From NCBI GenBank assembly GCA_002490835.1, contig DKUU01000020.1, forward strand, positions 5,696 to 69,695: DNA of 64,000 nt, read 5' to 3'. Shown here one piece after another: positions 8,654-18,604 of the stretch (within the stretch, counting starts at the first letter, position 1; each line of letters begins with the position of its first letter). A model generated the notes under the pieces. That model was not told where the DNA came from. It saw only the letters and a list, made by a program, of their open reading frames with translations, and did no database searches. The DNA comes from Lachnospiraceae bacterium UBA7196. Its GTDB lineage: Bacteria; Bacillota; Clostridia; Lachnospirales; Lachnospiraceae. The translations under genes and the position numbers were made by a program.

Positions 8654-9364
8654 ATGAACCCTTACAAGATTCTGCTGGTGGAGGATGACGCCGAGATCAG
8701 CGAAATGTTAAAAAATTATCTGGAAACGGAGCGGTATGAAGTGGCCTGCGCCCTTGACGGGCAGCAGGCCTGCGCTATGTTTGACGCCGCGTCGTATGAC
8801 CTTGTCCTTCTTGATCTGATGATCCCGAAGGTGAGCGGCATGGGCGTGATGCAGCACATCCGGCAAAACAGTTTCGTGCCGATCATCATCCTTTCCGCCA
8901 AGGACTCGGAGAGCGACAAGATGCTGGGGCTGGGTCTGGGAGCGGACGATTATATCACCAAACCTTTCTCAGTGGTGGAGGTGACGGCCCGGATCAAAGC
9001 GGCCCTTAGAAGGACGATACAGTATGACAATGCAGCCGTGGAGATGTCTGCACGGGCATCCTCTATCCTTACAGTGGGAGAACTGACCATGAATCTGTCT
9101 GACTATACGGTCAAAAAGGGCGAAGAAACCATTGACCTGACAGCCAAGGAATTTGAAATTTTGAAGCTTCTGATGCAGAACCCGAAAAAGGTTTACACCA
9201 AAGAGCAGCTCTATTCGCTGGTGTGGCAGGATGCGTACTGCGGGGATGAAAACGCGGTGAACGTGCATATCAGCAGGCTGCGGGGCAAGATCGAGGAAGA
9301 CCCGCGAAATCCCGGATATGTGCTGACTGTGTGGGGAATCGGGTACAAATTAGGAGATGTGTGA
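8654..9364 (+). CDS. OmpR/PhoB-family response regulator
   Basis: Start at ATG 8654 (MNPYKILLVEDD) with GAGAGG upstream. Receiver motifs include LVLLDLMIP. C-terminal winged helix has LTAKEFEILKLL and GIGYKL. Confidence 0.92.
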   Translation: MNPYKILLVEDDAEISEMLKNYLETERYEVACALDGQQACAMFDAASYDLVLLDLMIPKVSGMGVMQHIRQNSFVPIIILSAKDSESDKMLGLGLGADDYITKPFSVVEVTARIKAALRRTIQYDNAAVEMSARASSILTVGELTMNLSDYTVKKGEETIDLTAKEFEILKLLMQNPKKVYTKEQLYSLVWQDAYCGDENAVNVHISRLRGKIEEDPRNPGYVLTVWGIGYKLGDV

Positions 9365-10302
9365 TGTTTGAAACGAAGATGCAGGGAGAGATCCGTGAAC
9401 TTAGACAAAATTTGCAGACGATTCTGGACGAGGATGGCGGCGGACGGGTGACGGTCTTCACGGAAAATAGAGAGCTGAAAGAGCTGGCGGCGCAGATCAA
9501 CCGCCTTCTGGAAGAAAAGGCGAAGACTGAGGCGGATTTTCGCCGCTCCGAGATCGCTTCCCGCAAGATGCTGTCCAATATTTCCCATGATCTGAAAACG
9601 CCCCTGACCGTAATCCGGGGTTATCTGGAGATCATGAGGACCAAAGGTGAGGCGGCTTTGGCGGCGCAGGCAGGATTGGGAACACAGGCGGAAGCAGGAA
9701 TGCAGACAGCATCGGAAATGCCGGCTGACCTGCAGATGCTTCTAAAGGCTGAAGAAAAGGCTAAGGCTCTGATGGCGCTGATCGACAGCTTTTTTTCATT
9801 GGCGAAGCTGGAGGCGGGAGATACGCAGATTTCGCTTTTCCCGCTGGATGTCTGCGAGCTGTGTCGGGAGAGCGTGCTTGATTTCTATGAGATGCTGACG
9901 GCGGCGGACTTTCAGGTGGAGGTCGGGCTGCCGGATGAGGCTGTCCTTGTGCAGGGCAATCGTGAAGCTTTGCAGCGCATCCTCTCCAATCTCATCTCCA
10001 ATGTGATCCGCTACGGTTCGGCGGGTAAGTATCTGGGCGTCTTTTTGAGGACGGACGGGCAGTCGGCATACATCGACGTGGTTGACAAAGGCAAGGGCAT
10101 CGACAGTGCGTTTGCCAAGAGCGTGTTTGAAAGGCTTTTTACCATGGAGGATTCCCGCAGCCGCAGCGTGCAGGGCAACGGCCTTGGGCTGACGATCGCC
10201 AAGAGGCTGGCGGAGCAGATGGGCGGGGAACTGACGCTTAAGAGTAAGCCGCATGTGCGGACGGTCTTTACGGTAAAATTGAATCGCGAAAGAAATTTGT
10301 AA
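9364..10302 (+). CDS. Histidine kinase with no transmembrane segment (HisKA + HATPase_c only)
   Basis: ATG 9364 overlaps the regulator's TGA by 1 nt. H-box is SNISHDLKTPL, N-box is LSNLISNVIRYG, G-box is GNGLGLTIAKRL. The N-terminal 70 residues are hydrophilic, with only a HAMP-like helix (ENRELKELAAQINRLLEE). Confidence 0.86.
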   Translation: MFETKMQGEIRELRQNLQTILDEDGGGRVTVFTENRELKELAAQINRLLEEKAKTEADFRRSEIASRKMLSNISHDLKTPLTVIRGYLEIMRTKGEAALAAQAGLGTQAEAGMQTASEMPADLQMLLKAEEKAKALMALIDSFFSLAKLEAGDTQISLFPLDVCELCRESVLDFYEMLTAADFQVEVGLPDEAVLVQGNREALQRILSNLISNVIRYGSAGKYLGVFLRTDGQSAYIDVVDKGKGIDSAFAKSVFERLFTMEDSRSRSVQGNGLGLTIAKRLAEQMGGELTLKSKPHVRTVFTVKLNRERNL

Positions 10303-10395
10303 GAATTAGGCAAGAGTTTTGAAAATCGCAGCCGCTACAATAGGTGACAGTCGATCGGATCAAGAACTTTCGAGCGACAGAAAGGAGGCAGCGAA

Positions 10396-11319
10396 ATGTC
10401 CTATATTTTACAGACCAGCCGTCTGACCAAGACCATTGGCGGCAAAGAGCTGGTAAGAGACGTGGATATCCACGTGAAAAAGGGTGAGATTTACGGGTTT
10501 CTGGGGCCGAACGGCGCGGGCAAGACCACGGTCATGAAGATGGTCATGAACCTCTGGAAGCCGACACAAGGGGTCATCGAGCTTTTCGGAAAGCCGCTTA
10601 CGCCGCAGTCGTACGAGGTGTTCAGGCGGATCGGCAGCATCATTGAATTTCCTACATTTTACGAGCATATGACGGGGTTTGAGAATTTGCGGATGCACTG
10701 TGAGTACATGGGCTATTATCAGCACGGGAGCGTGGATAAGGCGCTGGAGATGCTGCATCTGACGGAGGCGGCGAAAAAGCCGGTGAAGAATTATTCGCTG
10801 GGTATGAAGGAGCGTCTGGGAATTGCCAGAGCAATATTATGCAAACCAGAATTACTGATCCTTGATGAGCCGACCAACGGCCTTGATCCGGCAGGCATGA
10901 AACAGATCCGCGAACTGCTGCGGACGCTGTGTACGGAGCAGGGGACGACGATTTTGGTATCTTCGCATATTCTTTCGGAGATCGAGAGCATGGCGGACAC
11001 GATTGGCATCATACATCAGGGCAGGATGAGAAAGGAGATCGGCTTAAAAGAGATCGAGGAGATGAGTCTTGCCTATATGGAATTGACGGTGCAGAATCCG
11101 GAACGGGCGGCCTATGTGCTGGCCGATCAGCTGGGACTTAGTAATTTTAAGGTGCTCGACGGGGGAATAATCCGCATTTATGACAATCGTGTCACAATAG
11201 AGGAGATCGCGAAAGTGCTGGCGATAAACGAGGTGGCAGTGACGTCACTGGGGAGAAAGGCGGAGACGCTGGAGGATTATTTCTTGAAATTAACTGGGGA
11301 GGTGAAGGCGGATGCTTAA
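10396..11319 (+). CDS. ABC transporter ATP-binding protein (ABC-2, antimicrobial-peptide-type)
   Basis: Walker A GPNGAGKTT, signature YSLGMKERL, Walker B LLILDEPTNGLD, H-loop SSHIL. Confidence 0.92.
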   Translation: MSYILQTSRLTKTIGGKELVRDVDIHVKKGEIYGFLGPNGAGKTTVMKMVMNLWKPTQGVIELFGKPLTPQSYEVFRRIGSIIEFPTFYEHMTGFENLRMHCEYMGYYQHGSVDKALEMLHLTEAAKKPVKNYSLGMKERLGIARAILCKPELLILDEPTNGLDPAGMKQIRELLRTLCTEQGTTILVSSHILSEIESMADTIGIIHQGRMRKEIGLKEIEEMSLAYMELTVQNPERAAYVLADQLGLSNFKVLDGGIIRIYDNRVTIEEIAKVLAINEVAVTSLGRKAETLEDYFLKLTGEVKADA

Positions 11320-12001
11320 ATTAATCAGATTAGAATGGAAGAAAAATAATATCGGGAAACAAATCCGCATCGCGGTGATCACGACGGCGGTCCTCATGTT
11401 GTTCATGCTGATGACGGCGCGGGAACTGGAGACGACGGAAACGCTGGAGGCGTACGGAAAAAGTATGCTGGACGCTTCCGTGGCGCTGTTTGTCCATATG
11501 TCGTACATGGTCTTTACGGGGGTGATGATTGCAGGCTACATCGTGGGCGCCTACGAAAAGAAGACGATCAACCTGATGTTTTCTTATCCGATCAGCCGCG
11601 CGAAGATCATTTTGGCAAAGGTTTTGGCAGTGTGGATCTTTGATTTTGTGGCGATGGTGATAAGTAAGGCCCTGCTTTACGCGGGATTGCTCCTGACGAA
11701 GTCTGTTACGGGCATCAATGCAGAGGGGCTTTTGATCGGGGAGCCGTCGTTTTGGCTGGACGCCGTCCTCTCTTCGGCAGCCATGGTGAGCATCAGCTTT
11801 ATCGCCCTGCCCATCGGCATGAAAATGAAGTCGTCAAAGGCGGCGATCGTCGCGGCGGTCATTATCGTCTGTTTTACGCAGGGGCAGATCGGATCGGTGA
11901 CGTTAGTCAATAATATGACCTTTTACGCCGTCCTGTTCGCGGTGGCCGTGGCGAGCGTGTGGCTGTCGGTGCGGCGGGTGGAAGTGCGGGATGTGATGTA
12001 G
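11312..12001 (+). CDS. ABC-2-type permease
   Basis: Overlaps the ATPase gene by 8 nt. About 6 predicted TM helices. No family motif recognised beyond topology and context. Confidence 0.7.
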   Translation: MLKLIRLEWKKNNIGKQIRIAVITTAVLMLFMLMTARELETTETLEAYGKSMLDASVALFVHMSYMVFTGVMIAGYIVGAYEKKTINLMFSYPISRAKIILAKVLAVWIFDFVAMVISKALLYAGLLLTKSVTGINAEGLLIGEPSFWLDAVLSSAAMVSISFIALPIGMKMKSSKAAIVAAVIIVCFTQGQIGSVTLVNNMTFYAVLFAVAVASVWLSVRRVEVRDVM

Positions 12002-12060
12002 AGATGTGGCGGTCTTTAAGGAAATTGTGCGCAGGATCGATGGAATCTGCCCGGATGTGT

Positions 12061-12089
12061 TTGACGGCTTCTTCCCGACAGTTTATAAT
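12061..12089 (+). promoter_or_regulatory. Sigma-A-type promoter upstream of dnaE
   Basis: TTGACG (12061-12066), 17-nt spacer, TATAAT (12084-12089). Confidence 0.5.
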
Positions 12090-12152
12090 GATTAAGTCAA
12101 TAGAAATCATGATTTAAGACAGCTGCACACGAGATTCGGGAAGGATACCAAC

Positions 12153-15100
12153 ATGGCGTTTGCACATCTGCATGTCCACACGGAGTTCAGTCTTTTGGAC
12201 GGTTCCAACAAAATAAAAGAGTACGTAAGGTACGTGAAAGAGCTGGGGATGGACAGCGCTGCGATCACGGATCACGGCGTGATGTACGGCGTCGTCGATT
12301 TTTATAAGGCGGCGAAGGAGGCGGGGATCAATCCTGTCATCGGCTGTGAGGTCTATGTGGCGCCGCACTCCCGCTTTGACAGGGAACTGACCGGCGGCGA
12401 GGACCGCTATTATCATCTGGTTCTCCTTGCAGAAAATAACACGGGTTATGCTAATCTGGTAAAGATCGTCAGCAAGGGCTTTACGGAGGGCTATTATTAC
12501 AGGCCGCGCGTGGACTTTGAGGTGCTGGAGCAGTATCACGAGGGCATTATCGCGCTCTCGGCCTGTCTGGCGGGGGAAGTGCCCCGCTATATTCAAAAAG
12601 GTCTGGTGGAGGAGGCGAAGAAAGCCGCCTTAAAGTATCAGGCCGTTTTTGGCAAAGATAATTATTTTCTGGAATTGCAGGATCACGGGATCCCGGCGCA
12701 GCAGTCGGTCAATTCCGTGCTTCTTCGCATGAGTAAGGAATTAGACATTCCTCTTGTGGCCACCAACGACGTACACTATACTTACGCGGAAGACGCCCAG
12801 CCCCATGATGTCCTGCTCTGCCTGCAGACGGGAAAGAAGGTGGCGGATGAGGACCGCATGCGCTACGAGGGCGGACAGTATTACGTGAAGAGCGAGGAGG
12901 AGATGAAGGGGCTGTTCCCCTATGCGTGGGAGGCGGTGGAAAATACCCAGCGGATCGCCGACCGCTGTCATGTGGAGATCGAGTTCGGGCATTACAAGGT
13001 GCCGCATTATGACGCACCGGAGGGTTACGATTCTTGGAGTTATCTGAATAAACTGTGTCAGGACGGGATGAAGGAGCGCTATCCAAAGGACGACGGTACG
13101 CTGCAAAAACGTCTGGCTTATGAACTTGATACCATTAAAAATATGGGTTTTGTGGACTATTTCCTGATCGTGTGGGACTATATCAATTTTTGTCGCGAAA
13201 ACGGGATCGCTGTGGGGCCGGGCAGGGGTTCGGCGGCGGGCAGCATCGTATCCTATTGCCTGAAAATAACCAACATCGACCCGATCAAATACAGTCTGCT
13301 GTTCGAAAGGTTTTTGAATCCCGAGCGCGTCTCCATGCCGGATATCGACGTGGATTTCTGCTTTGAGAGAAGACAGGAAGTGATTGACTATGTTGGTCAA
13401 AAATACGGCAGCGACAGGGTGGTACAGATCGTCACCTTCGGTACGATGGCGGCTAAGGGTGTGATCCGCGACGTGGGCAGGGTGATGGATCTGCCATATG
13501 CCTATGTGGACCGGCTCGCGAAGATGATACCGCTTGAACAGAATCAGGGGGTTTCCATCGACCGGGCGTTAGAAATGAATCCGGAGTTTAAGAGCCTCTA
13601 TGAGGAGGACGAGCAGGTACACGGCCTGATCGATATGTGCAGAAGGCTGGAGGGACTGCCCAGACACACGTCCATGCACGCGGCGGGCGTGGTGATCTGT
13701 CCGGAGTCGGCGGATGAGTTTGTCCCGCTCTCCCGCGGGTCCGACGGCTCTATCACTACCCAGTTTCCGATGACGACCATCGAGGAGCTGGGGCTTCTGA
13801 AAATGGACTTTCTGGGGCTTAGGACCCTGACGGTGATCCAGAGTGCGGTGCGTCTGGTGGAGGAGAGCAAGGGAATCGTCATTGACATTGATAATATTGA
13901 CTACGATGACAAGGCGGTGCTGGCCTCTCTGGGAACAGGGCGGACGGACGGCGTATTTCAGTTGGAGAGCGGCGGCATGAAGAGCTTTATGAAGGAGCTA
14001 AAGCCGCAGAGTCTTGAGGATGTGATCGCGGGCATCTCCCTCTACCGGCCGGGGCCGATGGATTTTATTCCCAAATATATCAAGGGCAAGAACCATCCGG
14101 AGACCGTGACCTACGACTGCCCGCAGTTAGAGCCGATTTTAGCGCCCACTTACGGCTGTATCGTGTATCAGGAACAGGTGATGCAGATCGTGAGAGAACT
14201 CGGCGGCTACACCATGGGCCGCAGCGATCTGGTGCGCCGTGCGATGAGTAAGAAAAAGCAGTACGTGATGGAGCAGGAGCGGAAGAATTTCACTTACGGA
14301 AATCCCGAGGAGGGCGTGCCGGGCTGCGTGGCCAACGGCATCGACGCGCAGGTGGCGGATCACATTTACGATACGATGATGGATTTTGCCAAGTACGCCT
14401 TCAATAAGTCGCACGCAGCCTGCTATGCGGTGGTAGCCTACCAGACAGCCTATCTGAAATATTATCATCCCGTGGAGTTTATGGCGGCCCTGATGACTTC
14501 CGTGATCGACAATCCCAGTAAAGTGGCGGAGTATATCATGACCAGCCGCTCTATGGGGATCCAGATCCTGCCCCCTGACATCAACGTGGGCGCGAACGGC
14601 TTTTCTGTTTCGGGCGGACAGATCCGCTATGCCCTCTCCGCGATCAAGAGCGTGGGGCGGCCCGTGATCGATGCGGTGGTGGCGGAGCGCGAGGCCAGAG
14701 GACCTTTCCGGAATCTGGGTGATTTCGTGACCCGCGTGACGGACCGTGATATGAATAAACGCATTATCGAGCACTTCATCAAGGCGGGCGCTATGGACAG
14801 TCTGGGCGGGACGCGCAAGCAGCTTTTAAGCGTCTACCTGCAAGTGGTTGACGGCATTCAGCAGAACCGCAAGAACAATCTGGCGGGGCAGATTTCCCTC
14901 TTTGATATCGCGGATGAAGAGGAGAAGGCGGATTTTAAGGTGACCCTGCCCGATGTGGGAGAATATTCGAAAGAGATGAGGCTGGCCTTTGAGAAGGAGG
15001 TGCTGGGCATCTACATCAGCGGTCATCCTCTGGAAGAATATCAGGAACTTTGGAAGAAGCATATCACCAATACGACGGCGGATTTTGTCTGGAACGAGGA

Positions 15101-15608
15101 GACGAACGACACCCGCGTGCAGGATGGCGCAAAAGTCACGATTGGCGGCATGATCGCGGAGAAGAAGATCAAGTATACGAAAAGCGAGAAGGTCATGGCC
15201 TTTTTGCAGGTGGAGGATCTGGTCGGCTCTGTGGAAGTAATCGTATTCCCGAAAGATTATGAACGGTACGGAAACAGCATCGTGGAGGATGGAAAAGTCT
15301 TTGTCAAAGGACGCGCCTCTGTGGAAGAAGATAAGGACGCGAAACTGGTCTGCGAACAGATCACGCCCTTCGAGCAGGTGCCAAGGAAGCTGTGGATCAA
15401 ATTTCCCACCAAAGAGGCTTACGAGCAGAATCGGGACACGCTTTTTGGGATTCTGCGGGGGGAAGAAGGAAAGGACAGCGTGGTGATCTATGTGGAGAAC
15501 CCGAAGGCTATGAATCCGCTGTCCGCGAATTGGAATGTGGACGCGAACGGGCTGCTGGTGGAGAGGCTTCAGAAGGCGTTCGGGGAGGGGAATGTGAAAG
15601 TGGTGTAA
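12153..15608 (+). CDS. dnaE: DNA polymerase III alpha subunit
   Basis: 1151 aa. PHP domain begins MAFAHLHVHTEFSLLDG. Polymerase core motifs include PDIDVDF and KMDFLGLRTL. C-terminal OB-fold region. Confidence 0.97.
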   Translation: MAFAHLHVHTEFSLLDGSNKIKEYVRYVKELGMDSAAITDHGVMYGVVDFYKAAKEAGINPVIGCEVYVAPHSRFDRELTGGEDRYYHLVLLAENNTGYANLVKIVSKGFTEGYYYRPRVDFEVLEQYHEGIIALSACLAGEVPRYIQKGLVEEAKKAALKYQAVFGKDNYFLELQDHGIPAQQSVNSVLLRMSKELDIPLVATNDVHYTYAEDAQPHDVLLCLQTGKKVADEDRMRYEGGQYYVKSEEEMKGLFPYAWEAVENTQRIADRCHVEIEFGHYKVPHYDAPEGYDSWSYLNKLCQDGMKERYPKDDGTLQKRLAYELDTIKNMGFVDYFLIVWDYINFCRENGIAVGPGRGSAAGSIVSYCLKITNIDPIKYSLLFERFLNPERVSMPDIDVDFCFERRQEVIDYVGQKYGSDRVVQIVTFGTMAAKGVIRDVGRVMDLPYAYVDRLAKMIPLEQNQGVSIDRALEMNPEFKSLYEEDEQVHGLIDMCRRLEGLPRHTSMHAAGVVICPESADEFVPLSRGSDGSITTQFPMTTIEELGLLKMDFLGLRTLTVIQSAVRLVEESKGIVIDIDNIDYDDKAVLASLGTGRTDGVFQLESGGMKSFMKELKPQSLEDVIAGISLYRPGPMDFIPKYIKGKNHPETVTYDCPQLEPILAPTYGCIVYQEQVMQIVRELGGYTMGRSDLVRRAMSKKKQYVMEQERKNFTYGNPEEGVPGCVANGIDAQVADHIYDTMMDFAKYAFNKSHAACYAVVAYQTAYLKYYHPVEFMAALMTSVIDNPSKVAEYIMTSRSMGIQILPPDINVGANGFSVSGGQIRYALSAIKSVGRPVIDAVVAEREARGPFRNLGDFVTRVTDRDMNKRIIEHFIKAGAMDSLGGTRKQLLSVYLQVVDGIQQNRKNNLAGQISLFDIADEEEKADFKVTLPDVGEYSKEMRLAFEKEVLGIYISGHPLEEYQELWKKHITNTTADFVWNEETNDTRVQDGAKVTIGGMIAEKKIKYTKSEKVMAFLQVEDLVGSVEVIVFPKDYERYGNSIVEDGKVFVKGRASVEEDKDAKLVCEQITPFEQVPRKLWIKFPTKEAYEQNRDTLFGILRGEEGKDSVVIYVENPKAMNPLSANWNVDANGLLVERLQKAFGEGNVKVV

Positions 15609-15706
15609 AAATATTGAAAAAGCAATAATAATAGAGTAAAATAAAGGAGTAAAATTTTGTCTATGGGCAGGTACGTCCGGCGGGGCAGAAAGGTATGGGA
15701 TACGGT

Positions 15707-16675
15707 ATGGCGAAGCAGATTAAGACGATCGGCGTTCTGACAAGCGGCGGCGACGCGCCGGGTATGAATGCGGCGATCCGCGCGGTGGTCAGAAAGGGGA
15801 TTGACAACGGCGTTAAAGTCAAGGGGATCAAGAAGGGATATCAGGGTCTTCTAAACGAAGAGATCATAGATATGGAAAAATGGACGGTGTCGGATACGAT
15901 CCAGCGGGGCGGCACGATCCTTGGTACGGCGCGCTGCCATGAATTTCGCACCGAGGAGGGTCAGCAGAAGGGGGCTGATATCTGCCACAAGCATGGAATC
16001 GACGGTCTGGTAGTCATCGGCGGCGACGGTTCTTACCGGGGCGCACAGGCCCTGTCCAGACACGGGATCAATACCATCGGCATACCGGGAACCATTGATT
16101 TGGATATCGCCTGCACGGAGTACACCATCGGCTTTGACACGGCTATCAATACCGCGATGCAGGCTATCGATAAGGTGCGTGATACCTCGTCTTCCCATGA
16201 GCGCTGCAGTATCATCGAGGTCATGGGCAGGAATGCGGGTTATATCGCGTTGTGGTGCGGTATCTCCAACGGCGCGGAGGATATCCTGCTTCCGGAAAAA
16301 TACGATTTTAATGAGCAGCAGATCATCAACAATATCATTGCCAACAGGAAGCGCGGCAAGACCCACCACCTGATCATCAACGCGGAGGGCATCGGGCATT
16401 CCACTTCCATGGCGAGAAGGATCGAGGCGGCGACGGGCATCGAGACCAGAGCCACGATTTTAGGTTACATGCAGCGCGGCGGTTCGCCCACCTGTAAAGA
16501 CCGCTATTATGCTTCGATCATGGGCTGCTATGCGGCGGACATTCTCTGTGAGGGTAAGACGAACCGCGTAGTCGGCTACCAGCACGGCGAGTTTTTGGAT
16601 TTCGACATCGAGGAAGCGCTCAATATGGAGAAGGGGATACCGGATTATCCCTACGAGATGTCGAAGATTTTATGA
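15707..16675 (+). CDS. pfkA: ATP-dependent 6-phosphofructokinase
   Basis: Motifs IGVLTSGGDAPGMNAAIRAVV, VVIGGDGSYRGA, PGTIDLD and MGRNAGYIAL. Start chosen at ATG 15707, which gives a canonical N-terminus. Confidence 0.95.
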   Translation: MAKQIKTIGVLTSGGDAPGMNAAIRAVVRKGIDNGVKVKGIKKGYQGLLNEEIIDMEKWTVSDTIQRGGTILGTARCHEFRTEEGQQKGADICHKHGIDGLVVIGGDGSYRGAQALSRHGINTIGIPGTIDLDIACTEYTIGFDTAINTAMQAIDKVRDTSSSHERCSIIEVMGRNAGYIALWCGISNGAEDILLPEKYDFNEQQIINNIIANRKRGKTHHLIINAEGIGHSTSMARRIEAATGIETRATILGYMQRGGSPTCKDRYYASIMGCYAADILCEGKTNRVVGYQHGEFLDFDIEEALNMEKGIPDYPYEMSKIL

Positions 16676-17478
16676 TTACCAGTACACACAACAAATTCAT
16701 CAAAGAGGCCGTGGCCCTTCTCGCGAAAAAAAAGGAGCGAGACCGGCGCGGTCTCTTTGTGGTGGAAGGCGTGAAGCTGTTTGAGGAAGCGCCGGCGGAG
16801 CGGATCGTGCAGGTGTATCTGGCGCAGAGCTCCGAAAAGGAAATGAACGCGCAGTTTGGGGAAAAGTTAAAAAATCTTCCCTGTGAAGTCGTGACGGACG
16901 AGGTGTTTGTAAAGATGTCGGATACGGTGACGCCGCAGGGGATCCTTTGTCTGATACGGCAGCAGCACTATAATATAGAAGAAATCCTGCGTGAGCAAAA
17001 TAAAAAACAACCGTTATTAATGGTGCTGGAGGACATACAGGATCCGGGCAATCTGGGAACCATCTTTCGCACGGCGGAGGCTGCGGGGGCGGACGGCGTG
17101 ATCATGAGCAGCAGGACAGCGGATATCTACAATCCAAAAACCATCCGTTCCACAATGGGTTCCATTTACCGCGTACCCTTTCTATATGTAGATGCGCTTA
17201 CCCCTGTGATGGAGAGACTTAGAGAACAGGGCGTGCGCAGCTATGCGGCGCATCTTGCGGGGGAGACGGACTATGATACCAAGGATTACAGGGAGGGCAC
17301 GGCCTTTTTGATTGGAAATGAGGGCCGCGGGCTGCGGGAAGAAACGGCAGCGGCTGCAGACGAATGGATCAGGCTTCCTATGGAAGGGAAAGTGGAATCG
17401 TTGAACGCTGCGGTGGCGTCCTCGATCTTATTATATGAAGCCTATCGACAGCGGAAAAAATGCCTTGCAATGAGTTAA
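16672..17478 (+). CDS. TrmH/SpoU-family RNA 2'-O-methyltransferase
   Basis: ATGA overlap with the pfkA stop. Motifs LEDIQDPGNLGTIFRTAEAAG, FLIGNEGRGL and ESLNAAVASSILLYE. Confidence 0.86.
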   Translation: MITSTHNKFIKEAVALLAKKKERDRRGLFVVEGVKLFEEAPAERIVQVYLAQSSEKEMNAQFGEKLKNLPCEVVTDEVFVKMSDTVTPQGILCLIRQQHYNIEEILREQNKKQPLLMVLEDIQDPGNLGTIFRTAEAAGADGVIMSSRTADIYNPKTIRSTMGSIYRVPFLYVDALTPVMERLREQGVRSYAAHLAGETDYDTKDYREGTAFLIGNEGRGLREETAAAADEWIRLPMEGKVESLNAAVASSILLYEAYRQRKKCLAMS

Positions 17479-17625
17479 ATCAGGATTTAATTATAAAAAT
17501 GCAGGCGCGGTCACCTTGCGCGAAAGAACGGCAGCATTGCGGGAGAAATGTCGCAAAGTGCCGTAAAATCAAGAAAAATAGCGAGTGTTATCTTGAAAAG
17601 CAAGAAGAAAGGGAGGAGCTTAAAT

Positions 17626-18420
17626 ATGAAAATAGGATTTATCGGGCTGGGGAATATGGCGCGGGCTATCATCGGCGGTATGCTGCGGGAAGGGATTGCC
17701 GCGCGGGAGGATATCATCGGTTCGGCGAAGACGCAGAAGACGCTTGACGCCGTGCAGAAGGAGTACGGTATCGGTACAGAGTCCGATAACCGTATCGTGG
17801 CGAAGGAGGCGGACGTTCTCATTCTGGCGGTAAAGCCGCAGTTTTTGGAAGGCGTGATCGCAGAGATCAGGGACGTGGTAAAAGAAGGGACGCTGGTGAT
17901 CAGCATTGCGGCGGGTAAGAATCTTTCATGGCTTGCGGAGGCTTTCGGCGGATCGTTTGGGATCGTGCGCTGTATGCCGAACACGCCGGCCCTTGTCGGC
18001 GAGGGTTGTACGGGCGTCTGTGCAAACGACAGGGTGACGGAGGAAGAACTGGCTTACAGCCTGCGGCTGATGGGGAGTTTCGGCAGAGCCAGCCTTGTGG
18101 AGGAGCGGCTGATGGATGCGGTGGGCGCGGTGAGCGGTTCGTCCCCCGCCTACGTGTTCATGTTCATCGAGGCGATGGCGGATGCGGGCGTGGCGGCGGG
18201 CATGCCGCGCGCGCAGGCCTATGAATTTGCGGCGCAGGCAGTCTGCGGCAGCGCAAAGCTCATGCTGGAGACGGGAAAGCATCCCGGCGAACTCAAGGAT
18301 ATGGTCTGTTCTCCGGGAGGGACTACCATAGAGGGCGTAAAAGTGTTGGAGAAGGCAGGCTTTCGCGGCGCGGTGATGGATGCCCTGCTTGCCGCGGTGG
18401 AAAAAACCCGCAGGTTGTGA
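17626..18420 (+). CDS. proC: Pyrroline-5-carboxylate reductase
   Basis: GGGAGGAG RBS. Rossmann motif MKIGFIGLGNMARAII. Also AVKPQ, RCMPNTPALVGEG and SPGGTTIEG. Confidence 0.93.
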   Translation: MKIGFIGLGNMARAIIGGMLREGIAAREDIIGSAKTQKTLDAVQKEYGIGTESDNRIVAKEADVLILAVKPQFLEGVIAEIRDVVKEGTLVISIAAGKNLSWLAEAFGGSFGIVRCMPNTPALVGEGCTGVCANDRVTEEELAYSLRLMGSFGRASLVEERLMDAVGAVSGSSPAYVFMFIEAMADAGVAAGMPRAQAYEFAAQAVCGSAKLMLETGKHPGELKDMVCSPGGTTIEGVKVLEKAGFRGAVMDALLAAVEKTRRL

Positions 18421-18495
18421 TTGTCGGAATATCTTGTACCTTGTAAAAAATTAGTAACAAAATATTGATATATTTCAGAGCCAAATTGTATAAAC

Positions 18496-18524
18496 TTGAC
18501 AAAGAATAGGTGTTTTGCTAAAAT
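18496..18524 (+). promoter_or_regulatory. Sigma-A-type promoter upstream of the SleB-like gene
   Basis: TTGACA (18496-18501), 17-nt spacer, TAAAAT (18519-18524). Confidence 0.5.
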
Positions 18525-18604
18525 ATTCCATACTTAATCAAACTGTAACATTTTTGTAACATTCTTAATGAGTTTTGAAGGTATGGATCAAGACGGAGGG
18601 AGCT

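Noticed and set aside
17479-17625. Possible T-box or other riboswitch leader upstream of proC. An imperfect hairpin lies at about 17528-17565.
   Set aside because: At 147 nt the region is too short for a T-box. I found no specifier-loop or T-box consensus (AATTAGAGTGGTACCGCG-like).
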